64,000 nucleotides of DNA from Vicugna vicugna (lineage: Eukaryota). Below the pieces are notes generated by a model. The model worked only from the letters and a program-made list of their open reading frames with translations. It did no database searches and had not been told where the DNA came from. The stretch lies in contig MU061579.1 in the NCBI GenBank assembly GCA_013265495.1, forward strand, positions 5,516,963 through 5,580,962. The letters run 5' to 3'. This document shows, piece after piece, positions 39,301-53,135 of the stretch. Position 1 is the first letter of the stretch. The number at the start of each line of letters is the position of its first letter. The position numbers were made by a program, and so were the translations under genes.

Positions 39301-42300
39301 ACCAAGGTCTGAGTTAATAAGTGATTCTGTGTTTGTATAGACCCAGCTGAGTACATTCATCCTTGGCCTTTTCAGAAATCAGAGCTGCCCCCACCCCCGA
39401 CACTAACCCAGCCCCAGTCTCTTTCCCTTATCATCTGCATGACTTCAGAGATAATTTTTTTTTAATTGGCATCTATATGTGACTCTTTTGTTGATCAAAA
39501 ATAACCATTTTACTGGGTCACTGGATAAGAAGGAGGCGAACGTGTCTAACAGAAAGCTCTATATGTGCCTAGGAAGGTTGTGCATCTCTTTGGAAGCCAA
39601 AAAACTATTCTGTTTTGAGAAAAAGCAAGAAAAAATTTACCTTTTTAAAACCAGAGTAGAATAATTTTTAAAAGGGAAACTAAATGATTTTACGCCTGTA
39701 TTGCTATCTCCAAATGAGAACAGAAATTTCAAGTTCATTGTTCACAGAAGAAAGAAACACATGTTGCCTTCAGAAAAATAAAGCAAGATTGGAAGGTTAT
39801 CTAACTCAAAAATTAAAACAGCTGAAATTGGTCATCATAATTATTGGAAAAAAATCTCATAATATATATATCAGAGTCTTAGCTACAAGACCTTTGTTAC
39901 AGTGAATTTTTTTCCCTGCATTTAATACTCTGGAAATTAGCACTTCAGCTTCAGTTTGTAAATTATTTTGTTATATAGGAAATTGTATGTTTGAATAGAA
40001 TGAAATTATGACGTGTATGAACTACAGAATGAATTATGTCAGTGTCCATAAAACAGTGTAATTAAGAATTCCGTTACATCTACAGCTTTTTGTGTGCCAA
40101 GCCAGATTGTAAATTTAAAGAAAACAGTGCTGAAAACAGCTTATTAAATATTCTGTTAAAATTTGTTGAATTCTGCTAAGATGCTTATTGTATAAGTAGA
40201 TTAAATTTTTTATTTATTTTGAAAATCTGTTTCAATGATTCTAAATAACCTCCAAGGCTAATAAAGGCCAGTGAAACTTTGAAGAAATGATGATGCTGCT
40301 CAGTGAAGACGCTAGCTCTCCAAGGTAGGCCAGCCATTCATCAGCAAACAGGAAGGGCAGAGGTTAATTAAACCTCTAGTTTAGAAACAACTATAAAAAT
40401 TATTTACAGTGTTAATTTAGTCACCCAGGTTATCTCTTTCAGGATTGGTAGTAAATCCTCAATCAGCTACTCAAAGGAGTCAGAATTATAGTGTCAGGGA
40501 CAACATTTACTAGTTTATTACAGTGGGAGCTAAAATAAAATACCCTTCTGCTATAGGATTCTAATTTGTAATTCAAAAGAAGCTTGTGAAGAGTAAAACT
40601 ACTTCTTCCCCATTTAACTCTATTCTATTTGCAAGGAAAAACTTGATGCTCAAGGAAATATAGAATAAAAAACTTGCTTCTGCTGCTCACATTTACTGGA
40701 ATAATATCAGAAAGAACTAAGAATGATCTTTTCTTAAAATATAAGCTGAGGTGGATGAATTTCTGTATAGATTGGGATAAACAGATTGGACAGAAACCAC
40801 AAATTAATTAAAAGCTCTGATTTCAAATTCTTCCTCATCTTCATATTAAAACTAATGAAAACTCACGGGATTGTAGAATTAAGACCATCTAGCACAACCA
40901 CCAACCTTGACAAGTGTGAGGTTCTTGCTCAATCCCTTAAGAGAGCTGCTATCACTGTTATATAGTCAGCTTCCATGCTTGCAAAGAAGGACATGGTCTT
41001 ATGTTTAGCAAGTTCTACCTAAAGGTTTTTTAAAAATGTTTGTCTACTTTTATTTACCAACTTTGGATCTAAATTCTGCTCCTTAAGATAGAATGAAATC
41101 AACTTTATAACTTAATGACAATAATTATAAAACTGAGAGCAACTTCAGAAATACATCAAGTATCAAAATGCCAGTAGAAATATTTTTCTGGTTACCTATT
41201 ATCTGAGTCCTACATATGTGAGATTACATAAACTATATCTTTCTGGTCTAATCTAGATGATTTTTGGATTTTGGAAACATTCTATAACACAGTGCAAGTA
41301 CATAGCAATACTCCTGCAAAGAGAAAGTAAAACATTTTTTTAAACTGTGCAGGATTTCATGAAATTAATAGAGACGATGTTGGAGAATTCCAAAGCCAAT
41401 TGCAATGAAGTGGTGACATTTACAAGTATAACTATAGACTGGTACTTCAATGGAAAATTATTTGAATAGCAAGAGTAAATGAAGCTGAGGGAAATTAGTT
41501 AAAGTCTTGAAAGTTTGCAAAAATAAAAATATATGATGATGCTGTAAAACTCAAATTATACTGTAACAGAATCTGTATAGAAAACTGTACAAAATATTGA
41601 ACATGATTCATTCTATATTTTAAAGATTTTGCTCAACTCAAATTATAGCTAACATCTTGATCCTTTTTTTGAAGTTTCAGTTTTGTTTTCTAGATAAATT
41701 CTGGAACTATTTTTGATAAGTTTCTCAGATTCTCAGAAATATTTTTATAGACATGCATTGATTATAAACAGATACACATGGTAGAATATTTTCAAATTTT
41801 TTTATAGCTGAAACTTTTCAGATTAAAATTTTATATTACATTCTAATACAACATTTAAAAGAAACTCTTATTTAAAACCATGTGGCAAAACCTGAGTCTT
41901 ATGATTTTAAGCTCTGGGAGCTCATGGCACACTGACTGAAAATAAATAAACAATATTGAGTTATGCGGACATATCATAGCTTGTTTAGCACTTTTACTTT
42001 TGAGTATTTTAAAAATACACCATTTGCAAGAATGCAAATGAACACCTTTTGCCATTCAATAATTTACATGTCTCTCATTATAGTATACATACAAATTCTA
42101 AAGTAGAAAATGACTCTCTGATAATGAGGTTTTTTGGGCTTTTGATGTATATTACCAAATAATTTTAGTATTTTTTAGTATATATTTTTCAGATGTGCCT
42201 AACAACTGGTGTTCTTATTACTGTTTTACTGCTGCCAATATTGGATGAGTGTGTCCATTATTCTCATTCCTAACAATTCTTTAATTGCAAAATTTCTTTT

Positions 42301-43599
42301 TTTTGAAGCAGAAGATATTGTATTTGTTATTCTTTTCCTTCCATTTTTCTTAAACTGGAGCATATATGTATGTGTGCATGATTTTATACACACACACGCG
42401 CACATACATGCACACACACACATCTCACACAGCAGCACTGACTACACCGACATTAGCATATAGAATTGATGGCAGCCAGGAAGTAGTCTATCTTGTTCAC
42501 CCCACTATCTGCAAAAAAACTACAGCTGTGTCTCACCCTGCACATAAACAGTGAAAAAAAAAAAAGTTTAGATAATGAAAGAAGAAAAGTTTGACTAATG
42601 AAGCTATTTACTTAAAAAAAAGTTAACTTGTTCATTAAGAAATCAATAATGCAGAAATGGACTTGGTATGATTAGCAATAGCCTCCTAGTTACAAATATT
42701 CCTTAATCAAATGAGTTAGTCATCTGTACGTGTGGTTTGTTAAATTATTGTCATAAAAAATGACAAGCCTTTGTACTCCAAAGGCATAAGTCACAGCATA
42801 AACATTGCTACTTCAATCATATTAATATGCATTTGAGAATACTATCAGAGAAGAGAAACAAAGGCTAGATCATTACCCACACCCAAAATGGTCCCTTGTA
42901 TGTTTAAAGAGGGGAACCAATTTGACTTAATCATAAATAGTACTTAATAATGTAGTTTTCTTGCTACTTGAATCAAAAATACTTGGTGAAAAATAAAAAA
43001 AATTCAGGTACCAGACCACAAAACATACCTGCAAGATAATACATTGGACTAAAGTGTCAGAATTATGCACTCCTCTCCCCACGTGACTTCTGTTATACAT
43101 GGTAGCATTTCAGAACCACCAGCAAAAATCTATCCTTATCTGTTGAAAATATGCACCAGAATTTAATAGATCAAAATAAAGTGCTTTAGGCTAAAATATT
43201 GAATGCATCATTCTGCCTGTGCAAATGTCTTTTAAGACAAGTCAGTGGATCTCAGTTTTTAAAATTACACACATAGAAAACTTTACACTGTTACTGATTC
43301 TTGTACACAACAAACTCTAAAATGGTAAATTGGGGCTGGAAAAATCAGAGCGATACAAGTTACATACAATAAGAAATGTGCTGGTTATTATAGATATTTA
43401 GAAGTGGCATTTGAGCAATTTGAACAACATAGTCAAGTATTGCAAATGTAAGTGGTTGTGGAAGACCCTCTCTGTGGAGTTGGAAGAGGAAGCTTTTCTC
43501 ATAAGCCCCTCCTCCCTTCTCTCAGCATTTACCTACCGAGCTAAGAACTCCAGGGATGTTATTTCATGAGAAAGTAGACCAGTGAATATGTTTACTATA

Positions 43600-45250
43600 A
43601 AAGTTATAGTAAAAGTTCCAAACAAAAAATATTTTATAGAGGGATCAAGAAGAAATTTTCAGAAGGATTTTCAAATCCATGGTTAAATACAATGTATAAA
43701 AACATAGCATTTATAAATTTAAAAATATATTTAAGAAATTGAATAAGAAAAATAATTAGAGAAAAGATAATTCAATGTATAAATAAGCACTTGGTGGAAA
43801 ATAAAATTTTATTAACAAATTTCAAAATATCTAGAAAGCAGAATTGAAGAGTAGTGTAAAAACCAAAATTGAAATTCTTTCAGGAATGTTGAAGAAAAGG
43901 AAAGTGAAATAAAAGTATAAAAAACATGTGATATAACATCTAATGCTATGTAATTTACTATATCAAATATAATAGCTTGCAGCTTTTAAAATTTCAAAAT
44001 CATTTATTACATTTTAAAAAACAATACAAATATGTTTAAAAACATATAATCTAGAAAATAATGAACATGTGTGAAGTGACAAATCTCAAAAATTGATTTC
44101 TTCATATTATTGATGTGTGAAAGTAAACTAGCTAAAGCAACTAGAATAAAATATTATAAACATAAGAATAAGATACTTGTAAAATCCAAGAAAATCAAGT
44201 GAAATACACTGAAGCTAACATAAAGTATATGTTTGTTAATTTTAAATAGTGGTTTTACTAAGTTCTAGTAATAAATAGTTAAAATCAAAGTAATTTTTAT
44301 TAACAGTCACAGCAAAACATAGTATCTAGGAATAAACTGATTCCAAACTTTTATGATCTAGATAGGTATGTACATACATATATACATAGATACAAACACA
44401 GAAGTACATGGATAAATTAGGTAGACTTCTATTGTTTCTATTAAGTTTATGCTGCTTCATAAAATATGTATGTGTTTTGTCATCTGTCTTGTTATAGATG
44501 TATATGGGCACTGATTTGCTATATTTATTATATACATCTATAAATGAATAAACTGTTTTCTCAAGCAGGAAATTTTTTTAAAAGTGTATATTACCAGAAA
44601 AAGAGGGAAACATACCATAAACATGAAGTATTAATGAACACCAGAAGCAAGAGCAAATGGTACTCACACCAGAGTTTCAATATGGTAGGTTATGCTAACG
44701 GGGTTCTCAAGAAAGTTTACTGAGCACAAACTCCAGTTCAAATACTCTGAGATACAAAGGCTTGTGAGAGGGCAGAGCCTACTATGTCCTTCATTATTCT
44801 GTATGGAAGATTAGTAGGGTTCTGGCAGAAAACAAATGGCAGATACAAAGGGCCAATAGAGAGTTTAATAAAGAACTAGTTGTGAAGGTATAAGCAAGTT
44901 TAAGGAAATCAACAAAGGAGGGTGATAATCCAATATTAATGGGACAGCTTTGGGGAACAGGATTGTAATCAAATAATTCTCTTTGTCTTCAAACTGTCAG
45001 TTATCTATAAAGGCAACATAAAATATTTGTGACAAAAGGCTTAAAAACATAATCTAAAATTTTTTAAAAATCCCTTACATATATTTTATAAAACTAAGAT
45101 TTATTAAAAAGAAATGTTCAAGAATGGAGAATCCATGACACAGACAATACAGCTAATTTCACCCCAAATCTAAGGATTTTCAAATTATGTTCAAATTCAA
45201 ATCAAAAGAGAATTGCAAATAATTTAGCAAGAATTTTTTTAAAGGTTAAA
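43600..45250 (+). mobile_element. Patchy, very old L1-like A-rich fragments with an embedded MaLR-like piece at ~44805-44940
   Basis: Strong A skew and L1-like 'tatctaggaataaa'. The segment 'ttagtagggttctggcagaaaacaaatggca...gagagtttaataaag' resembles old MLT1 termini. Confidence 0.4.
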
Positions 45251-48200
45251 ATATTGACCATGATATTGCTTAAAAAACTCTTATTACAGTTACTAAAATC
45301 TTACTACAAAATCTCACTACAGTCTTAATAAAATCTTGCTATAAAAATATTTTTGTGTAAAGTAGTCAAAGCATTTATTTTTTTAATTTATAATACGCTT
45401 GCATATTACTTTTTAGTATGTTGTACAGTAGTAGTTTAGTATAATTATTTTTCTCACTGTCCGTTAAATATTTTAATCATTCCCATGGCTACATAATTTT
45501 ATTTATATTCTTGGGTATCTGAGTGTTCTATTCTGCTTCACAAGTCTCATTGTCACTGAGATCCTTATGCATTGAAAAATAATGACTGCATACATAGCAA
45601 AATTTTGCAAGGACTAATGCCAGTGGAATCATGTATTTAAATATTTTTCTCTAAGGTGTTTGCATATTTCAAAATTTTTTCAAAGTGTATTTTTTTACAG
45701 ACTTTTAAAAAATATCTACAAACTTTATTGGTTATACTGCTTTACTAATCATACCTAATGGTGTTTGTAAAATAAAGCGTCTATAAGAGAATCTATTTTA
45801 AAATGTTCAGGTATATCATTTCACTCTTTTATTCCCCTCTGTGTGCTAGTGTGGGAGCAAGATTTAAACTGTAACTTATCTTCTATACTTTTGTATTGTT
45901 TTACTATTTAAAAGTGTGTTATATTTTTAACAACTCGTGCAAGGTCAATTTAGTGAAATTTCAAAAAGTAAATACAAAGAGTACTTTCAAATGTTGATAA
46001 CAAGACCCCTTCATGGGAACTCAGGCATTCTTTGGTCAAACTTTCCAGATAGAAAAATCGCTTTTCATCTTAATGGATCTCTGTGGCAAGTTCTCTCCCT
46101 TTTCACATTATTGTAACAGGATCACCCCAAATGCCAGATCTGTGTGCCAAGTACATCCATCTACTCTTATTTATGAGTTCCTTATGTTTGGAAACTGTTC
46201 ACTTATTCAAGTCATATTACTTTGATGAATTAAATCTTTGATTACACCCTTAGAATATAACTGGAAACTCTTCTCACCTCTAAACTGATAATGATATTGC
46301 TAATTATTTTTCATGATGCATTGTAGCAGCAGAAATCCTAAGATATATAACCAAAAAGCCCTTAATAATGTCAAAATAATAAAAATTACAAACCTAGTTC
46401 TGCAGAATTATAGCCCCAATTCAAGTGCTAAGAAGTAAATTAATTTTCACTTTTCTTTTTGACCCAGAATGTAATTCCTTTTTCTATAGATATTAATAAA
46501 AACATATTACCCTCTGAAAGCTGAAAACTTCTGTACATTGGTGAAATTAGGTGATTGACTATGGCCAGTTCTCACTGGACAGGGCTCTACTGTTTAACAT
46601 TTGCCATGGTGATTGGCATTAATAGGTTCCTTGGCTGGCAGCAATGTCAAAAGAAAAATTATGTGAGATGGATGCATGAACTTCCATTCCTCCCACAATT
46701 GAGCACTGTATCCATTTCTTGGGAATGCAAGCAGAGCACAGGAAGGAGTCCCCTTTGTATTTAACATTCTGTGCGTCCTTAACTAGAGTCAATTTTTTGT
46801 TAGCCTGCTCACTTGAGAGCTCCAAGTTTGTTTTTGAAAGTTGTACAATATTAAGGCTGCTTGCAGATATTGAAAACAATGTATCTCTCTAGTGCAATGA
46901 AAAATGTCACAAATTAGGCAGTGATAAATATTGATGGATATGTTATTTCATTAAATAAAAATTCAGGATTCTTACAGTATATATCATTTTAAAAACACAT
47001 GCATTTAGCTCAAGTAAAACTCACAACTAGAGATAATAGTTGTGCCTTGCATGTAACCAGGATAAGCATTGTTTAATCCTCTTATAAACTAATTTTCTAG
47101 AAAATGTAAATGTTAACTCTTTGCAGTCATAAATGCAGGCAGGTTGCTGATTCGGTCAGTGCCTCTCTCCCTTACTCTTTGAGAAATTACCTCTCTGGAT
47201 CCATATCTCCTCCCCCCCGATTTAAATTGAGTTATGAAACTTATAATAGAAAGTTAGAACTGGAAGAAAGGCTAATAACAATCTAAATAACACTTTAACG
47301 ATCTAAATATACTGTACCATGTTATAAAAACAATCGACTGTGACACTTGACCCGGAAAAGGGAAGAACAGAGGACATGAAGCATGTGAGAAAATATAAAA
47401 TGTGGTAGGGTTGAGGAACTGGAGTTCCAATGAGATCAAAGAACAGGAGAAGGAAGGATCTGGAATAGTGGGAGGTACTGATCAGAAAGTGGAATTCAAA
47501 AGATGAAATTATAGCAAGAATATATAATAGTGAGGAAAAGTGTTCCAGGAACTGAGAGGAGCTAAACTTATCAGAAATGTCAGGAATGCCACAATGATCA
47601 AATCGATAATGGATGCATACATATTTGCCCGAGATGTTGCCAAGTCAAGAGGAAGAAAATTCCCTATTGAAGGCAGAAGTGAGAAAACAATGAAGTTGTA
47701 AGGTGATAATCTCCCATTTAATATATTTAAATATTTGATATATTTTGATCTAGATACATTATATTCTAGATGTAAAAAATGTTACTTTTTTAAACTTTCC
47801 AGTAGAGTGCAGCTCTCTTATCCTTCAAAAACAAACTAAATTTCTGCCTCAGAGCTCTTGCCATTATCTTTTTATTATATAATTTATCTCTTCTGTAATT
47901 TTGTATCATTTAATTTCATTATAAGTAGCCCCACATTCTAGATTTTTCCTGATAAACTCTACCATATTCTGATTTTTTAATCCACCTTAGCATTTTGCCA
48001 TTTACATGTCATTTTTTTGTTTACACTTTGTGTATATTAACAGTTTTTCCAATGTTAATTCTATGAATATCTAGTATCTTAAACTATATATAAGCAAGAA
48101 CTGTGTCCTTCTTTTTCCCAAGATCTTTAGATTCTTTGTGCAAAGTGAATATTCAATAGATGATTGTTGCCCAAGTCTATACAACTTCCAGAAAAATTGG

Positions 48201-48729
48201 ACCTTGATGAAAAAGTCACATAAAGCATAATATAATCATGTGAACTACAGAATGCTGCTCATTAGACTGAAATTTCTCGATCAGGGACCATTATATTATT
48301 CTATGAAATCACAAACTAGAAATATGAGATTTGTTTAATTTTCTGCCTTCTGCTCCTCTCCACTTAAAAGGCAACTACTTTAATCGTGTTTATTTTGTAT
48401 CCATAGTAACTAGGGCAGTGCCTGACTCATAGAAGTTATTTAATAAATAATTGCAGAATAAAATAAGAAATAAGTACATTTTCTACTGGGACTTTCATGA
48501 GTTTCTGGACAGTGCAACATTAAAGTGTATAAATTTTAGTGTTCACATTTTTCCATTTTCCTACTTACTAAGTACATAAGATATAAAATGTAGATAGATA
48601 ATGCCCCAGTGTACTAAGACTGGGAATATATATCATTTTATTTTAAAATGTTTTATAATAGTTGATTTTATTTATACTTTCCTTTATTGCAAAACAAAAC
48701 AAAAAAATTCCCTACGATTTATTAAGAGA

Positions 48730-49510
48730 GGCTGTATTGTGTCATGTTTAAGAACATGGATTAGGGGTCAGGTGGACTGAGTTGAAAGAATTATGAGTTA
48801 ATACTGTTACCAAACCAAATTTGCATCCACTTACCAGTGCGCAGTAAAGCCAATCTACTGATACTGGGTTGTGGTGAAGGAAAGTAGTATCTATTTTATT
48901 GCGAGGCGTCCAACATGGGGCAAGCAAGCAAAGGGGATGAGCAGTTCATGCTCAAAAGGTGCAAACTCCCTGGTGGCTTTTGGAGAGGGATTTTTAGAGG
49001 CGGGAGAGGGAGAGGGTCACAGGGTGTGAGATCAGCTCATGGACATTCTTTTGATTGGTTTGTGGGGAGGTAACCAGGTGGTACTTCTCGAGTCAATATG
49101 ATCAACCTGGATCCAAATGGTCTGGAGTCTAAATGCTTGTGGTCACATGCAGTTAACTTCTGCCTGCTGGAGGTTTTAGTTTCTGCAAAACAACTCAAGG
49201 AAATGGCTCAGGATATTACCTGTAGCCCTGGAGGAGGAACTAAAGTTCCTCGACTTTGTTTTATGGTTAAACTGATTTTGTCTTGCTTAACTCTTTTCCT
49301 TTGTTCTGTATTTTCTCACTTCTCTGATTAAATTGATTAAATTTGCTCTTTGGAACATGGGAAGACCTAGGGGGCTAAAGGCTTTCTACAAACAGGAGGC
49401 AGGGGACACAAGGGGTCTGCTCCTAGGAAAGCTCCACAGTGTCCTGCTCGGTATCAGTACATATAAAACACTTAGAATGACACACACTATGTGTCTGCAT
49501 AAATACTACT
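48730..49510 (+). mobile_element. MIR fragment split by the ERV1 LTR insertion
   Basis: Removing the LTR and one TSD copy restores MIR-like 'ttatgagttaatac|atataaaacacttagaa'. Confidence 0.65.
48805..49456 (-). mobile_element. Solo ERV1-class LTR (~652 bp), related to the 2803-3450 LTR
   Basis: Plus strand reads tgttaccaaaccaaa...ctcggtatca, giving TG...CA termini. TSD atac/gtac. AATAAA on the minus strand (tttatt ~48895-48900). Confidence 0.88.
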
Positions 49511-49762
49511 TAACTTTTTTATTCTTATTCATATTATAAAATACCTACTGCATGTAAAAACAATAAATTGGAAATGTCAAAACAAAACTAAAAGTAGAAT
49601 AACCGAGAATATAGAATTAAACCTTGCATACTTAATTTTGTCCTCCCAGGAAAATCAGAACCAAGAAATCAGAATTTTAGAGAAATATTAAAATGTCACT
49701 TTGCTTCTCCCTCATCTGGCCTAAGCCAGTGTTCTCATTTGGTAATACAGCTTAGATGTATA

Positions 49763-50393
49763 TGAGACAGGAAGGGGGCAGGGCACAGCCATTCAAGGAA
49801 TGCTGCAACAATTAACATCAAAATGGTGAAAGATTCAACCCCCAATAGGCCTTGAGGCTCAAGATGGTTGGAGATTTGACTCTTAGCAGATCTTGAGCTT
49901 CATTACACGCCCACTGTAATGTATTAACATGGTTTATAACATACCCACAGATACTATGGCTGTCCCAAGGCTAGCCACAAAAGGTCAAAGAGTGGGAAAT
50001 GGCCAACTTCCTGGGAATCCCAGCCCCTTCCCCAGGCTACTTAGACTGGTCCTTATTAGCATATGAAGCCACCAAGCCCATAAAAACTGGCAACAAGGTG
50101 CCTAGCGGCCATGACCACCCCCTCCCTCTCTCCCGTTGGAGGCGGCCTGCACTCTATGTAGTGTGTACCTACTTTCACTCTACTCTGAGCACCCAACCCC
50201 CACACCTCATGGCCTTTCTCTTGCCTTTCGATGTATCTCTCTAAATAAATCTACCTTTACGCAACTGTGGCTCGCTCTTGAATTTTTTCCTGTGCGAAGC
50301 CAAGGACCCACACTTGGCGGGGCATGTCCGGGGGCTCAACCGAAGCCTGGGACACAGCCCTTCTCACACCTCACATCCATTTGTCCTGCATCA
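49763..50393 (+). mobile_element. Solo ERV1 LTR, MER41-like (~631 bp)
   Basis: tgagacagg...ctgcatca with a perfect TATA TSD (49759-49762 / 50394-50397). TATA-like cataaaaa 50079-50086, AATAAA 50244-50249, and MER41-like U5 'ctcgctcttgaattttttcctgtgcgaagccaaggaccc'. Confidence 0.9.
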
Positions 50394-50649
50394 TATATGC
50401 TGATTGCATGCATGATTGAGTTCTGTGGCCGTCCTTGTGAACTGCTTGTTCTGTGCTTATTTCTTAATCTGTAAGTGGGATATAAATAACAGTACTTACC
50501 TAACAGGAATTTAGTAATAATTATACGAGACAAGATATACAACGTGCTGTGCAACTTTTCTTTTTCTTCATTATTATCATCATCATCATTATTTATGGCT
50601 TGAGACAGAAAGAGAAACAGACACTAAGCTAAAATAATCTAGCGGTTAC

Positions 50650-51109
50650 CGTGAAGGAAAAGCCGGGCTGGTCTAACAAGATAACTCACAAGTCTAGAAT
50701 GTGGAGAGGCTGGGCTGGGCTGGCAGGATAACTCACAAATCTAAGTATTGGAATACTGATCTGAGTTCTGCTAGACTAACTTTGTAAATCTTGGTTAATT
50801 AGTGTTGGTTTGCTGTTTGTTTTTTTGCTGGCCAGCTGGGTTTTCAAAGATACATATATAGCTTTGGAATGTTGGTTTGCTGCCTCCCCGCCTCCACTTT
50901 TGTGATGGTGATGCTGCTAAAGCTGTTCCATGACTATTGGCCGAATACCCCAAGCTTGTACTTTACCCTATAAAACCTCATGCACACGTCTTGAAGGTGC
51001 TCAGAGCTTCGGAGCAGAAGCCCCTCTGAGCCCACCAGGGTAATACATCTGAGTACTCCAACCCTCCGAGTGGTGCTTGTTTCTTGGCTGGCCTGTTGTT
51101 TCCGTAACA
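50650..51109 (+). mobile_element. Solo ERV1-type LTR (~460 bp), relatively young
   Basis: cgtgaagg (probably TG mutated to CG)...ccgtaaca, perfect TTAC TSD (50646-50649 / 51110-51113), TATA box ctataaaa ~50968-50975, retained CpGs. Confidence 0.85.
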
Positions 51110-52007
51110 TTACTACGTACCAATCACTGCAATGATCATGGAGAATAAGACTATGTATAATACGATCTTTATAAACTAAATTCTGTGTATCAAGTGTGAT
51201 TTCTTGATTTATTTTCTCCATATCTCCCTCAAAGAGATATTGAAAATTGGGAGTTAGATATATAAATAAAGAAACATCAAGACTATGTGATGAGTGAAAG
51301 AAACCAAGCATGTTTGTGAAAAAGGCAAAGTAATCAGCTGTATTACAGTGCAGGAAAAGTTTTGGAATGTAGCGAAGTATGTTTTGAACAATCAACATTA
51401 TCCTTATTCTGACATGCAGCAGCTCTAATAGCATGTGACCACTGTGTGATTCTAGCTTGAAATGGTGCAGACTGGCAAAGCATTTGATCTCATGGACCAT
51501 GTCAAGTTAATGCTCCTCCGTCAATTTTACTAGTTCTGGTACTAAAGATACTTTATATTTGCATAACATGTTACAAGTTCTAAGTGGTTTAACAAACATA
51601 TTGCTTATATTAAATATCCATAGGAGGAGAGCAATTTCCTTTTTTCCAAAGGAAGAATAAAAACCTACAGAATCAAAGTCATATTTATGGTTAGAAATTT
51701 GAAGAGAAAGTGAAATTTAGGTTCACCTGAAATTACTTTAATTTAATAGCTTCATGTCTGTTTGGAATTTGTTCAGCTTTTTTGGATTTAATGTGTTTTA
51801 TAAATGCTAACCCTACCCTCTTAATGCATTAAGAGACCTTAGGAGTGGGTATACTACTTTGTGTGATACAAGAAATAATAGGAAGCTCTCATAAAGACCA
51901 GAGGTCATGGGAAGACTGTCCTGAATCTCAGGGCTTCTATGTATTTTTTTCTCCAGAGAAATGTTTAAAATGAGAAGAGTCACTTTTTATTTTTAACTTT
52001 AAAAACT

Positions 52008-52302
52008 GTTTTTTTTTAAGTTGAGGTATAACTGACATACAACATTATATTAGTTTCATATGTACAACATAATAATTTTATATTTGTATATATTGCAAAA
52101 CAATCACCTCAATAAGTCTAGTTAACATATATCAAATGCATAGTTACATTATTTTTTTCCATGATGAGGACTTTTAAGATGTACCCTCTTAGCAACTTTT
52201 AGATACATAACAGTATTATTAGCCATAATCACCATGCTACACAATATATCCCCATTACTTACTTATTTTATAACTGGAAGTTTGTAGTTTTTGGCCCCCT
52301 TC
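52008..52302 (-). mobile_element. L1MA-type 3' end
   Basis: Poly(T), then 'ttgaggtataactgacatacaacattatattagtttca', 'ctcttagcaactttt', 'cttattttataactggaagtttgta'. Confidence 0.85.
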
Positions 52303-52835
52303 CAAAAACCATCCTTCCCCATCTGACTTAGATTAGACTCACAGATGCTCCTATGACAAAACCAACCACAGACTCTTCAAATTCCCATCCTTTGCCTCAT
52401 GAATGAGTAGCTGAATCATTTGCCCCTGCTGATCATCTGGAACCAAAATGCTTATTAACCAAACTTTAAGATTCTTTCCTTCTCCAGACTCCTAAACTTT
52501 GACCCAGTCTTGGCCTGAGCAATCAAAGAACCCCTTCTTCAAGTCCCCTCTGGAGAACAGACTGACCTCAGGGTAAAGCATTCACGTACTGTTCAATCAT
52601 CCCATCCTCATTCGTCGCACTTCCCCATACCCAATCTTTCTAGCCTTGGTTACTTCTTTTTAGAAAAGAAAAGCCCTGTTGACCTAACCTTTGAGATGCT
52701 TGCAGATGCCTGTTATTGTGATAGTCCTGTCTCTCTCCACCTCCCCATTGTAATAGTTCCTTACCTCCCTCTTGAAATAATGATTTCAAATAAAGTCTCT
52801 TCTTACCTAAGTTCAGAGTTGTTTTTTATTTGACA
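52303..52835 (+). mobile_element. MER31/MER67-like ERV1 LTR; 5' boundary uncertain
   Basis: 'ctgacctcagggtaaa', 'ctccccattgtaatagt', 'aataaagtctcttcttacctaagt...ttttttatttgaca'. Confidence 0.7.
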
Positions 52836-52934
52836 AGAGAAAAGTGAAAACAAAAGTAGAGAAGCCACATGGGAACCCAAAGCAATTACTAACAATATTA
52901 AGTTACGTTTTCATGATTGCTTTGCTTATATAGA

Positions 52935-53135
52935 AACATAAACTAAGAACCAGAAAACCAAAAGTCATTTCCTAGCTCTGTATCTTATCATTTGATGTGA
53001 CCTTGGGCAAGTCATAACATTTTTGAGACTTGAATTTCTTCCCTGATAAAACAGGAATCATAATGCCTACCTCCAAGGATGCTGCAAAAATTGAATGTGA
53101 TAATGCATGTGAAAGAGATTAGCAAACTGCAAAAT
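52935..53135 (+). mobile_element. MIR SINE
   Basis: 'tgtgaccttgggcaagtca', 'ataatgcctacctc', 'gataatgcatgtgaaag'. Confidence 0.8.

Noticed and set aside
2803..49456. The two related LTRs as the ends of a single provirus
   Set aside because: They are in opposite orientations, each has its own TSD, they lie 45 kb apart, and there is no gag/pol/env between them.
50934..51500. Longest ORF (188 aa, minus strand)
   Set aside because: It runs from unique DNA into the antisense strand of a solo LTR, resembles no protein family I know, and has no exon structure.
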